A stretch of DNA of 64,000 nucleotides, taken from positions 9,250 through 73,249 of IMG/VR virus record IMGVR_UViG_3300010297_000002. The stretch is one strand, 5' to 3'. This document shows, piece by piece, positions 31,801 through 38,630 of the stretch. Origin of the DNA: a virus. A program made the translations under genes and the position numbers. The notes below the pieces were generated by a model that did not search any database, was not told where the DNA came from, and was given only the letters and a program-made list of their open reading frames with translations. Numbering within the stretch: position 1 is the stretch's first letter; every line of letters begins with the position of its first letter.

Positions 31801-32540
31801 TTCGGTTTGATTTTCAGGTACAGGGTTCGGACTCTTTAGAAGGATTGCAAGAAGAACTTCAGACTCTTCTAGATAAGAGAATGAAGATTGAGAAGAAGCG
31901 AAGTGCTGCTATCAGGAAGTTGGAGTCTGAGCAGGCTCGCGACGCTAAACGAAGAGTGACTATGAACGAGAGGATTGAATCTCTTAATCAGAAGATCCAA
32001 GAATCTAAAAATCCAGATTCTCAGGTAAATCTTAACAGAAAGACCAGAATCCAGGAAATCGAGAACAGCTTAGCTCGTATGGACACGAGCAGTGATCGAG
32101 CTGTTGAGGAATTCGAGAAGATCGAGAAGTTCTTCGAACCCATCAATAATGGTGTCAAAAAACTTGTGGCAAAGATTAAAGAGCATAAGAAAAAGTTCGA
32201 CAATGGCCATAACTCTTTGAATGCTCTTTATGCCGAAATCCACGCTAATGAGGACCTTCTACGAACGTTCGCGGACGGTCCGACTCTGTTTAAGATGGGT
32301 TTAATCAATCGCCCTGGTCCAAGGGGTGGTAGGATTAAGAGTCCTACGGCTAAGGGACTAGAAGCACAGATTAAGCGTGAGAATAAAATAGAAAGATTAT
32401 TACGGCGGTTCAGTACCGCTATCGAGGAAGATATTTCGATTACTTCTTCTCTCAAAGATTTAGATTTATTGAAAAGATTATTAGTTAAGGAATTAACGAA
32501 CCTACTTGAGGATGAGAGACTATCGGATTTGTTAGTTTAA
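22821..32540 (+). CDS. Giant (3,239 aa) Lys/Glu/Asp-rich coiled-coil protein of unknown function, possibly an internal head/ejected protein; true start may be ATG 22857
   Basis: Uninterrupted 9.7-kb ORF with phage-like codon usage, many heptad segments and no recognisable catalytic motif. Confidence 0.75.
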   Translation: MFYGKYYIRKDLMKDLNTKNLRKTVIANVVDQVMGRDFSTFLKLKPDSQLEVLSKLVSEYGQDQRVLVKRAALSQIKSMIGVVAASREEDAADQGRFRERDVDVLNDVFSSEVRGLASRAILDQNKALAEQLDNKWGLGFFSELGTDTIKEIVAKFKDFWTKTNFNKQKKTSRVFDEKFETFREAVSDYKDLEDEFKEAAAKRAQMVKDLQTFTQDPEVKQEAYDTFDVYENKDLILKELNTFIDRLGRFGIKSLLDSKQFAAFVDFYQDDLPGIGAALFKASSIFDKNKDFLNDTKVKVYDEDRQEAVESSLSKILSENFNRDIYLLTLDENIRELEEYKSELKDEEPTERNLKELRKVEKSIESFRARQEDLEESRSWIVDGLENLDIYGMIKGDLQKFRKKATEEFLAKRKEIEDRERVDSDGNKLPRMAPPKLTSQDKREIEKATEKYRRKLLEKARQEATEKGLGFPEAVRKDLGVLRESVNHIQETLFDFKSYIEKSRNNAIDSLQEITRGEVDWDSVNAVEDYERIQNMLTRRESTIRKRLDFFGYSDYRIFIDRSTGYTAITLDGKTVPVRDLMKSITKSDLLDRYERGSNSPKESFNADYDSTLSDLVSEVGDVLDKQVEKEDLEAMKSKFTELISGQNEKGELDEDSSRRAFEFMTDLSSSLALFDKKVQLEEALELSNNGEKSGLDVNIKALAPAIFRKDKAPKNPMLPDLDETTYQAFMAKVFGINVDKPLEDLSDEEVQAMSFDPVLLKKISDSESFRDVSSMVTKAPGILKDLESAEESQIYREILSDVTKSIKAMDDVRLDTVGGSSGGEGSSPSDLVQDSIEILKSAIAGLPTQVFTTEGMEGSSVFQSLNQEALTFLAESVIDFPQFFNPETVRVFKDDAAAVKAARDALAANSKAIRDLEESKGNSKKSHKKLAEPEPTSSLEELRAKTPKLEKDLKDKKRVLEQKLKSINILDSLDLGAQGAGDASTVRVFSNMVEKLQKVVSNSLQMKVLEELAVLNRDKIEERAGQLLLIADAVKTQAQDSDIAAKWAKKLKTEKGDSVLAMVKEALEYFNPDSSKGDFAKYLQKSSVNNKGEASLPSVFALTSEGKAVAGSESISKLAVSALMSDVFDESMRDQDKAAKVYDEIGSWQVNAVDPEKAKLLKDFRSSLEDNFIKENSSDWRAHEAAKKEKFKAERKLAKSSAGLSELRRKLKKYADLLEKGPKDQETLEKKIKRLSNEKAMLKRIDKQKNSMVELEAQFKELHAKCGPLVEAERAHSTAKREYGELGSIPSVSLSNEDRKNIEERKAELRQIMEENFTKIKESKERGDCSIDEFNKVSSDYFSKKEKLEKLEAEYATREDALQRAESQLRKLKSSMGAAPGRLSKLRDAFDKDNPDSKLSKHYQLIDERNKAREDYASTYGVIAKGMADIDSKVEEKRQSLFKDRIAESGVLSSIQNDLNDESLIADKIDELGLSSILEPVLDKVPTDLLNVGDRFKFEEENTGVLNPHPDGGTILSPEASSILGDLVASKFTTSLPESSSVRRFFEDSMLSSSNLDKLDLGKYVRQTVSNTAVDFARKAQRDKGMSTSLVDRLSGNKRGETALIMELASGEDVEETLISQEQVTEGKDQAEGITGQDVLQDIENQDQDQEREDMLRKRTPDKKDESDLGDSRVEQMVNGFRVEMDRVLPILANETLFLDKGEKLKKDLEKFNMPQLQKAFGFTDQSQKNYEEILATKRALYDQLGRNGFVNLFKNGARLERVIGRGPFKEMSEEIFSSKEAYAKTSPVYILMKYFILPYVDIWMSGASDPQAVLKDKIMKEVESGILSLSMQKSFDEFMQDLSNNKSSQERAKAIFEEANEELLKSIINPKEMNNFVVGRVFNKTDFLAALSVFNMPYMKALVPKDGKLYFIPETDTREQFLSANPEKAKEMLDSLGSDPSGKFYANKSAPVIYELDFTKGIKLKETNPLFKAAISKVRANTVEDFMKALDPVFQDYFKEIYQKNVDRFDRSFNVKKVLSFVKDWESPDQKKKRKKQEAILQRNLDIQKMMAFEKMRQIAPSSYAAKASEYEKLMKKLKVSSYEELLEKFDSDFVKNKDKAAVKKLNDFKTIRATLGSEWGEGLTGKSRIMNISRKIDKHYRELMEEYDNLMFSLMDGEDRGDLRTVKKEFEELKARVDSKKFLKDTQLFKKIYESTGQSKKTDFGLKDALKFSEYLNSGYLGNPKVLEKFGSSLKPEDSKQFFRRVGLFFATINKIQADPKLRDKLSSKINNKLKGLDSSLNSNQDKVDSLRLYSEFDFDWDTYTKSLRDSKNLKDQYDRFIEMLKDPKAMASFLEVSEASKEKIHQFLYGLMDPESTKNEIDAYNSRKDKFDVNVSSDEVQEIMDAAKSGNLRDKFKDFFDLLDSDPEFKSFLYRLSGGLMKAASQLLSKKALLASLQEDLIDAKESGDADSEANAQSLVDSQRDEVSKANARLGAIKERVLALLKSKSVKGNHKGLLAFLISDMDQIQEQAAAYKDRSDKLSSNANRFRMDLDRYKMDYEEERSKFTREFEDIPEDQARTEIELQGDAAAQKAMRDEFNLAQSEVIKLGNQKKSFLNQAGPLMDLLEGGGSNEAINKHREKFMDQYRGLILNLDRYVKDPKTKAVLEKHLYNPVFESFNKVAPKVKKVLQMFTIKSMEKIADSLLSDDKGLNEKAAGNLNSLADIFEKADKFGPIYDRELQKYLENPDPSKNGEIKSIFALPMTFDLSTLRDVRGSDLIRQNFTAKADKFVAKLAEKAIPVFNAKRNEALEQAKFTLFKNNKDIRPFDKLESLQKGLINELYSLNKKKREHEGEYLELYNAQKSSDDRIEEGGFMGELRKKLSDISSQIARKEEELSKVRAEMNQYEEAADLSLKGELENLESAIRPFIGSTFGRSLFKLGKVGDLKNLDELASFKSKVIPKINNAINAGKWASAYALYKDNLDNLKNYPDSYKSLRRKFKKYAKDIQLRFDFQVQGSDSLEGLQEELQTLLDKRMKIEKKRSAAIRKLESEQARDAKRRVTMNERIESLNQKIQESKNPDSQVNLNRKTRIQEIENSLARMDTSSDRAVEEFEKIEKFFEPINNGVKKLVAKIKEHKKKFDNGHNSLNALYAEIHANEDLLRTFADGPTLFKMGLINRPGPRGGRIKSPTAKGLEAQIKRENKIERLLRRFSTAIEEDISITSSLKDLDLLKRLLVKELTNLLEDERLSDLLV

Positions 32541-32588
32541 TTCTTGAAATTATAAACGGCTTTCGTTATCCTAAATACCAGGAGTATT

Positions 32589-34109
32589 ATGATGGCGAAA
32601 GATGCAAGAAAAGCGGCTAGTTCTGTCAATTTAATTTCGGTTGATAGCACTGTCATTCCCTTTTCCACATCTGTCCAGCGAAACGGTCTGGGCAGATCCA
32701 ATGTCACTACTCGTGTAGGTAAAGAGGGCCAAGTTGTTGATGGCCGGACGGGTGAGATTATGGAAGACAAAAAATCAACCTCTACTTTAGACGCAAGCTC
32801 CGAAGGAAGTTCCCCTTTAGATTCAGATTCTTTTTCCATGCAAGGAGATCTTCTGAGTAATATGGGAATGTCCTCGGCTAACCCAGGAGTAGCTCGTAAT
32901 GTTCCTGCGTCCCCGGCGTATGGTGCGGCTTCCTCTGCAGCGGCTCGAGATGCTATGTATCAAAGAGCCCAGGGGAGCCTAGCGGCTCCCGCAGGTGCCA
33001 ATCAAGGTCGTTATATGTACGGGGTTCATAATTCCGAGCAGTTAGAATCCCAGAGGAATTCTTATAACTTAGGATCGGGTGAAGTCCAAAGCTCCGCTAC
33101 GGACTTTGATCCCTTCGTATTCAAAGATCGTTTATTGAAGTTCTTTAAGGCTCGCCAGAAGATGTTACGAGCTGCCCAGGAAAAGGGTGAAGAAGAGTTG
33201 GAGAAGTGTCTTAAGTCTAAGTACAAGTCGTATTTCACAGCCCCCAGGGTAAAGGTAGACTTCGATCAACTGCTGTTTGTGATCACCGACTTACTGGAGT
33301 TTGGTGACTTAGATGATTGCCCAGCTTTCGATAATCTTCTGGATATCAAAGGCGTTCCACCAGATTACGAAGAGCAGAGAATGCGGTTCGAGGAACAGCA
33401 GAAAATGGCCATGGAGGCTAACCGCCATCGAGTGGCCGAGCAGCAACGACTTATGGATGTAGAATCAGCTAAGCATTTCATTCCAGATCGAGCTATGCGT
33501 TATAGTGCGGAAGAGGGCGAAGATAGCAGACCTCTTACTCCAGAAGATCTAGCAGGTCCGGAGCCGGAAGACGGCGAGGAGATCAACCTCACTGTAAGAA
33601 CAGGAACGCCTACCGACGGCAAAATTACACCTAATTCACGCCCTGTTCAGGACTCAGGGGGATCTACTAACTTTGACGCTTACTTCGGAACTTCTTCGGA
33701 AGATCTTCCGAATTATCAGAGAGTTCGTCGTACAGGTTCTACTAAAGTTCTTTCTGCGGATGAGTTGGTAGCTGGACTGACCGCTAAGAAGGAAGGAGTC
33801 GAAGAGCATTCTATCGATATCCTGAAGGCGGAAGAGTTCGAGTCTTGTAAGAAGTTCAAGTGCCCAAAGTACTCTTTGTTCTCTGTTGGGGACTATGCTT
33901 CTATTACTGGAAGAAACCCAGACGTGAAGACCAGTACCTTGTTCAAAGCCTGTTGTGATTGCTTCAATAAAGAAGGGTGTCCTCAGTCTAAGGTTTATAA
34001 TGAGGGAGAGACTATCATTTACCAGTCCACCCTAGAATCTATAGGCGATGCGGAAGCTGCTCATAACGTGATTTTATCCCTCAGGCTTAAGAAGGCCGGG
34101 TCTCAATAA
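32589..34109 (+). CDS. Hypothetical protein with low-complexity regions and a C-terminal Cys cluster
   Basis: RBS AGGAG before the ATG; C-terminal CKKFKC...CCDC.....C. Confidence 0.65.
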   Translation: MMAKDARKAASSVNLISVDSTVIPFSTSVQRNGLGRSNVTTRVGKEGQVVDGRTGEIMEDKKSTSTLDASSEGSSPLDSDSFSMQGDLLSNMGMSSANPGVARNVPASPAYGAASSAAARDAMYQRAQGSLAAPAGANQGRYMYGVHNSEQLESQRNSYNLGSGEVQSSATDFDPFVFKDRLLKFFKARQKMLRAAQEKGEEELEKCLKSKYKSYFTAPRVKVDFDQLLFVITDLLEFGDLDDCPAFDNLLDIKGVPPDYEEQRMRFEEQQKMAMEANRHRVAEQQRLMDVESAKHFIPDRAMRYSAEEGEDSRPLTPEDLAGPEPEDGEEINLTVRTGTPTDGKITPNSRPVQDSGGSTNFDAYFGTSSEDLPNYQRVRRTGSTKVLSADELVAGLTAKKEGVEEHSIDILKAEEFESCKKFKCPKYSLFSVGDYASITGRNPDVKTSTLFKACCDCFNKEGCPQSKVYNEGETIIYQSTLESIGDAEAAHNVILSLRLKKAGSQ

Positions 34110-34136
34110 TTCATTAATATTTCACGCCAAAGTGAG

Positions 34137-34409
34137 ATGAGATCAGACCTAGTAGCATTTTTTCAAGCAGTTAGTTACGCCTACGATAAGTGGGAAAGTT
34201 ACTCCGAGAAGGATAACGCATTCTTTGTAGATTCCTTCAAGAACGACCATGTTCCTAGAATCATGGAGATATGGGGACTGGATCACAAAGCGGCTAATGA
34301 GGCTGTCGATGATGCTATCTTCAGTGTTAAATCAAGATCAGTTCTTGCTAAAAAGCATTCAAAGTCTGTAGTTGCCAATCTACACTTCCTGAGCAAAAGG
34401 CTAAAGTAA
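34137..34409 (+). CDS. Hypothetical protein
   Basis: 90-aa ORF in operon context. Confidence 0.55.
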   Translation: MRSDLVAFFQAVSYAYDKWESYSEKDNAFFVDSFKNDHVPRIMEIWGLDHKAANEAVDDAIFSVKSRSVLAKKHSKSVVANLHFLSKRLK

Positions 34410-34410
34410 G

Positions 34411-34989
34411 ATGGATGACTCTTTGTTTCTTCCCCAGGATATAATGGAGAAGAAGGACATAGCTAAGTGTTTCTTTCATTTGTCGAAAGCTCTTCAGAGT
34501 ATGAAGATGGTGATGAGTGATTCCTTCGATCGAAGAGATCCATCTCTTATTAAAGAATATGAACGAGACGTTCAGAGGAAGCTAAAGAACCTTCACATGA
34601 GTCTAGATGCCCCTAAGTATACAGATACTGGGGATATGGATGTGGAATTCGTTTCTAACATGGCGATTCCAATGGCTCCTCTTTTAGAAAAGCTCCACAA
34701 TTTCCTACTCAAGAGGCTGGATACTGTTTCTTTGTTTATAGACAGTAACTACTATTTCGGCCTGACGAAGAACCTTCGAAGATATGTAATGTCTCACTAC
34801 AACCTAACTGCTGAGGATTTAGATTCTCTGCAGAAGAGAGGGTCTTATTTTATTTATGACCAGGATCGGGATTCATTATTTATTTTTGACAAGAAGCTTC
34901 TCCCAGCAGTTCTGAAGTACCTTGTTTACAAGGGCGAGGACGTTGAGCTCTTCTATATTTTGAAGAAAATGGAATTTCTTTTAAAATAA
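34411..34989 (+). CDS. Hypothetical protein
   Basis: 192-aa ORF starting 1 nt after the previous stop. Confidence 0.6.
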   Translation: MDDSLFLPQDIMEKKDIAKCFFHLSKALQSMKMVMSDSFDRRDPSLIKEYERDVQRKLKNLHMSLDAPKYTDTGDMDVEFVSNMAIPMAPLLEKLHNFLLKRLDTVSLFIDSNYYFGLTKNLRRYVMSHYNLTAEDLDSLQKRGSYFIYDQDRDSLFIFDKKLLPAVLKYLVYKGEDVELFYILKKMEFLLK

Positions 34990-35095
34990 TTTCCAATTTT
35001 TGAATTTTCTTTTAGTTTTGTTTTTCGATCAGTAATATCTCTACAGGTATTTGTTTTGGTAATAGGGTATTAACGAACTACAGGAGTTTAAAACT

Positions 35096-36244
35096 ATGGA
35101 AACTGCCGAAAATACAAACAAGGTGCATTACCGCCCACGACCTTCTAAGACGGAAGGTTACTTTTCAGATGAGAACATTACGATTCTCTCAAACGCAATC
35201 ACATTCAATCAACCAGTCTTGCTTCAAGGTGAGTCGGGCACTGGTAAGAGTACGATTGTACGATGCCTCGCTCGTCAAAAGGGTGTCGAGGTTGTACGTA
35301 TCGATGGCTCGGGGAATTTGACCGAAGATGAGATCATCGGATGTCAGACTTTGGAGCCCGGTGAAGGCGGTATGCCTAAGCTGACTTGGAAAGACGGATT
35401 TCTCACGGACTGTGTACGTCATGGTAAGTGGTTGATCCTTGAGGAAATCAATGGTATCAAGCCGTCAGTACGCCTGTCATTACACTCCATTTTGGAGGAC
35501 ACAGGGTATTTGACTCTTCATACAGGTGATAAGGTCTTCAAACATCCTGATTTCCGATTCTTCGCCACGATGAATCCTCCTTCGATTCAGTACACTGGTA
35601 CTCAGCGAGATAACTTCGCTTTTAAGGATCGTTTCATTCCAATTCCGATTTCGTACCTGGATGCGGAGACTGAAACTGAACTTCTTCTGGAGTACTTTGG
35701 TTATGGTGAGGCTTACTACGCTCACGAAAAGATCAAGGAAGTTATCAGTACTCTGTGTGAATATGCTTCCAGTCAGAGAGAGCGTTATGCTAACGGCGAT
35801 GGAATCGAGTTCCCATTGACCACTCGTAAGTTGATTCAGTTGATTCAGCACGCCCATACCATGAACTTTGATCTGGTTTTCGATCAGTTCATGAGAGGTA
35901 TTTCTGACAAGGCTTCCGCCAAGGCGATGCATGATCAGTTGGTGACCATGATTTCCCCAGGGTCTACTGATGATGTGATCTTCAAGGACAGTGGGAAGAC
36001 TATCCCATCTACGGACCTTACAGCGGCAATTGAAGCTCTGGAGGACGGTGTTCATGAAACCAAGATCAGTGGTAGTTCTCCTACCGAGGCCATCATTAAC
36101 ATGGGCAAGGACGTTGACTACTTTAAGGTAGCTTACAACTTCTCTTACGAGGATGTTGTAGCTGACGAAGAACTCTCTGAGTTCGATGCCTTGTGTATCG
36201 AGTCCGCTCGTGATTTCATGATCGGTCGCGGATACTTAAAGTAA
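35096..36244 (+). CDS. MoxR/CobS/CbbQ-type AAA+ ATPase
   Basis: Walker A 'GESGTGKS', 'W.DG.LT..VR.G.WLILEEIN', 'HPDFRFFATMNP', 'AFKDRF', sensor 'TTRKL'; strong RBS AGGAG. Confidence 0.9.
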   Translation: METAENTNKVHYRPRPSKTEGYFSDENITILSNAITFNQPVLLQGESGTGKSTIVRCLARQKGVEVVRIDGSGNLTEDEIIGCQTLEPGEGGMPKLTWKDGFLTDCVRHGKWLILEEINGIKPSVRLSLHSILEDTGYLTLHTGDKVFKHPDFRFFATMNPPSIQYTGTQRDNFAFKDRFIPIPISYLDAETETELLLEYFGYGEAYYAHEKIKEVISTLCEYASSQRERYANGDGIEFPLTTRKLIQLIQHAHTMNFDLVFDQFMRGISDKASAKAMHDQLVTMISPGSTDDVIFKDSGKTIPSTDLTAAIEALEDGVHETKISGSSPTEAIINMGKDVDYFKVAYNFSYEDVVADEELSEFDALCIESARDFMIGRGYLK

Positions 36245-36276
36245 TAGTAGTACGGATTTTACCCTAGAGGTCTACA

Positions 36277-38106
36277 ATGTCTGAGATTATTCAAGAAAAT
36301 AAAAACACTAACGCCAAAAAAGCCATACCCAATTACTCGGTGGGTTTGTCCCGAGCTGATCAGCTCGCTAAGGCCATCGTAAACAAGTATGGGGTTAACG
36401 TGAAGGTTGGGGAGTCTCCCTGCGTAGATCTCAAAACCAATACCATCTACGTACCTCCGTTCGATCCGAATGATGATACTGATGTTTCAAACATGATTCA
36501 TTATATTGTTCATGAGGTTGGACACATCCTCTACTCGGATCAAACGGAGCTTCGTGGAATTAAGTTCAAGATCCTGAATGTGACCGAAGACCAAAGAATT
36601 AATGCCAAGCAAGAGTTGAAGTACGCTGGAATCAGTTTCAAGGTCATGGAGCAGAGAATCATGGATAAGATGGCTCGTTCCAATAAGAAGTCCCAGGAGA
36701 GGGTCGATGACTTTGTAAAGAAGCTAGAGGAGTCTGGTGTAGACCAGCTCTTTGGTATCGACAAAGAGAAGATCAAAGAGAACCAAGAGGCTATCGAGAA
36801 CTTGAACATCTTCATTTCAGGTCTTCTGATGAAATGTCATGGTGTTGCTAAGGCTAAGATTAAAAAGCACTTCAAGAGGCAGGATTGGTGGCAGGCCTAT
36901 GAGTCCATCGAGAGTCTTCTGGAGCATAAATGGGTGAAGATTCCGTCCTCAGCCCTGCTGGAGGATGATGCTGAGGCCATCTTCGATGCGATCAAGGATT
37001 TACTTCCTGAGAACTTCGAGAACGAAACTACGTCCGACGGGTCCCATGTGGTCTCCATGCCAGCGGATGGGTTCGGTCAAGGAGACCCAGCCGATCAATC
37101 TGATCAGGGGCAGCAAGGGGGCCAGGGCGGTGACCAACCTTTATCTCAGCAAGGGGGGACCCACTCAGAGAATGGTTTTTCTAATGAGGACTTGGAGAAT
37201 AAAGTAAAGAACTCCTCTTGCCGTAGTGACAATGTCACTGAGGAGGAGTCCTGGTCCGATGGTGACAAGAACAACAACCCCTCTTACGGGACAAATCTCA
37301 CTGATAGGGTTATGGAGAACACAACTTTCTACCGGTATAACCCGAACAGTCATGCAGGTTCTTGGTCTCAGCGAGATCGTTTAGATCTTCGGTCGAAGAT
37401 GTTCTACAACCGATTTCTAGATATGCTTCTAGTCGAAGACCAGATAGATCATCAGGACGGTTATTCTTCTGGGAAGTTGGCCAAGCCTCATAAGATCATG
37501 ACCAGTCCTCGAATCTTCTCTAAGATTCAAGATGGAGTTACTCATGAAAAGGTAGACGTAACGATTATTTGCGACTATTCCGGTTCCATGGGAGGTTACA
37601 CCCAGAATGTGGCTGAAGTAGGAGGAGGGATTGCTTTGGCTTTGTCGAAGCTGCAGATCCCTCATCAGATGTTCGGTTACGACTCATCATATGGGAGTGA
37701 CTGTAAGGTTTATGAGATAATTCCTTACAGCACTATATTTGATGCACGGATGTGCGACGCTCTGTTTAAGATGAATTCTGGTGGAGGAACCCCGACCGGA
37801 GAGGCCTTGATGTATTGCTTGGAAAAGCATGTGTTACCCAAGCCTGGGTTTCGTAAGTTGGTGTTTTTGATTACGGACGGATGTCCGAATAATCCTTCTT
37901 ACACGGAAGATATAGTTAAAATCTACCGAAGGTACAAGGACATCAAGTTATCCGGTATTGGAGTGGGTAGTAGTTGTGAGAACCTACTCCGACATATACC
38001 AGACGCAATGCTGATGAAGGACTTCGAGCAGTTCACTGTCGAAGGGCAGCAGAAGTTCTTTAATGACCTGGAGAAATTCATGGTTGGCGGTCGCACAATA
38101 ATTTAG
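36277..38106 (+). CDS. CobT/NorD-like VWA protein with N-terminal HEXXH metallopeptidase-like motif
   Basis: 'HEVGH' plus 'NVTEDQRI', acidic Gly/Gln linker, MIDAS 'DYSGSM', 'GGTPTG', 'ITDG.P'. Confidence 0.85.
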   Translation: MSEIIQENKNTNAKKAIPNYSVGLSRADQLAKAIVNKYGVNVKVGESPCVDLKTNTIYVPPFDPNDDTDVSNMIHYIVHEVGHILYSDQTELRGIKFKILNVTEDQRINAKQELKYAGISFKVMEQRIMDKMARSNKKSQERVDDFVKKLEESGVDQLFGIDKEKIKENQEAIENLNIFISGLLMKCHGVAKAKIKKHFKRQDWWQAYESIESLLEHKWVKIPSSALLEDDAEAIFDAIKDLLPENFENETTSDGSHVVSMPADGFGQGDPADQSDQGQQGGQGGDQPLSQQGGTHSENGFSNEDLENKVKNSSCRSDNVTEEESWSDGDKNNNPSYGTNLTDRVMENTTFYRYNPNSHAGSWSQRDRLDLRSKMFYNRFLDMLLVEDQIDHQDGYSSGKLAKPHKIMTSPRIFSKIQDGVTHEKVDVTIICDYSGSMGGYTQNVAEVGGGIALALSKLQIPHQMFGYDSSYGSDCKVYEIIPYSTIFDARMCDALFKMNSGGGTPTGEALMYCLEKHVLPKPGFRKLVFLITDGCPNNPSYTEDIVKIYRRYKDIKLSGIGVGSSCENLLRHIPDAMLMKDFEQFTVEGQQKFFNDLEKFMVGGRTII

Positions 38107-38108
38107 TA

Positions 38109-38137
38109 TTGACAATAGTTATTTGATAACTTAAGAT
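38109..38137 (+). promoter_or_regulatory. Sigma70-type promoter for the leader-tRNA transcript
   Basis: TTGACA (38109-38114), 17-nt spacer, TAAGAT (38132-38137). The expected start site falls at about 38144-38145, i.e. at or next to the A of the leader ATG. Confidence 0.85.
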
Positions 38138-38144
38138 TAAGTAT

Positions 38145-38225
38145 ATGACTTACAAGTTTTTGGTAAATAGTGATTCCAGTTCCTCTTCGGATTCAGATCC
38201 GAGGGGAGGGTTTCCTGTTCGCTAA
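38145..38225 (+). CDS. Putative leaderless attenuator leader peptide MTYKFLVNSDSSSSSDSDPRGGFPVR (26 aa, absent from the ORF track)
   Basis: ATG 38145 to TAA 38223-38225. Codons 9-18 are AGT GAT TCC AGT TCC TCT TCG GAT TCA GAT, all Ser or Asp, matching the downstream tRNA set. Confidence 0.8.
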   Translation: MTYKFLVNSDSSSSSDSDPRGGFPVR

Positions 38226-38258
38226 AAATTAGCAAGTCATTTGCAAAAACCCTCACCC
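38203..38258 (+). promoter_or_regulatory. Putative antiterminator helix
   Basis: GGGGAGGGTTT (38203-38213) can pair with AAACCCTC(A)CCC (38247-38258), 11 bp with one bulge, sequestering the 5' arm of the terminator. Confidence 0.65.
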
Positions 38259-38282
38259 GAAAAGGTGGGGGTTTTTTGTTTT
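38245..38282 (+). terminator. Intrinsic terminator (attenuator) just upstream of the first tRNA
   Basis: AAAAACCCTCACC-CGAAAA-GGTGGGGGTTTTT hairpin with a TTTTTTGTTTT tail. Confidence 0.85.
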
Positions 38283-38287
38283 CATTT

Positions 38288-38360
38288 GGTTCCGTAGCTC
38301 AATGGTTAGAGTACCGGCCTGTCACGTCGGGGGTTGCGAGTTCGAGTCTCGTCGGAACCG
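38288..38360 (+). tRNA. tRNA-Asp (GTC)
   Basis: Acceptor GGTTCCG/CGGAACC, D arm GCTC...GAGT, anticodon arm CCGGC-CTGTCAC-GTCGG, T loop TTCGAGT; no encoded CCA. Confidence 0.95.
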
Positions 38361-38365
38361 TATTT

Positions 38366-38448
38366 GGAAGAGATCCGGCTAGATGAGGAGCACGCCTGGA
38401 AAGCGTGTGCGTTGAAAAGCGTTGCGGGGGCGGGACCTGCCTCTTCCG
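38366..38448 (+). tRNA. tRNA-Ser (GGA) with atypical D and T loops
   Basis: Acceptor GGAAGAG/CTCTTCC, G73; anticodon arm CACGC-CTGGAAA-GCGTG; long variable arm GCGTT-GAAA-AGCGT; T stem GCGGG/CCTGC with loop GGCGGGA. Confidence 0.8.
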
Positions 38449-38455
38449 TATTTTT

Positions 38456-38538
38456 AGTAGGTTGGCCGAGTGGTAAGGTATACGGTTGCTAACCGTAAGT
38501 CTCCGTAAGGAGCGGTGGTTCGATCCCACCACCTACTG
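38456..38538 (+). tRNA. tRNA-Ser (GCT)
   Basis: Acceptor AGTAGGT/ACCTACT, G73; anticodon arm TACGG-TTGCTAA-CCGTA; variable arm CTCC-GTAA-GGAG; T loop TTCGATC. Confidence 0.9.
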
Positions 38539-38544
38539 CATTTT

Positions 38545-38630
38545 AGTAGATCGGCCGAGTGGTTGAAGGCAGCCGCCTCGAAAGCGGTAGAACTTGATCA
38601 GTTCCGTAGGTTCGAATCCTACATCTACTG
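38545..38630 (+). tRNA. tRNA-Ser (CGA)
   Basis: Acceptor AGTAGAT/ATCTACT, G73; anticodon arm GCCGC-CTCGAAA-GCGGT; variable arm GAACT...AGTTC; T loop TTCGAAT. Confidence 0.92.

Noticed and set aside
22821-32540. Virion RNA polymerase or tape measure identity for the giant ORF
   Set aside because: No DxDGD or single-subunit RNAP motifs were seen, and composition and location do not fit a tape measure.
38145-38240. 6S RNA, SRP RNA or T-box as the explanation for the structured leader
   Set aside because: About half the length of 6S RNA; no SRP GNRA-capped conserved loop; no T-box UGGN antiterminator bulge or stem I motifs. The codon-matched ORF explains the region better.
38366-38448. Selenocysteine or suppressor tRNA (starts GGAAGA, long variable arm)
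   Set aside because: The anticodon is GGA with a 7-bp acceptor stem. The TGA anticodon of the last tRNA reads TCA (Ser), not a stop codon.
38299-38532. 77-aa minus-strand ORF in the track
   Set aside because: It is the antisense of three tRNA genes.
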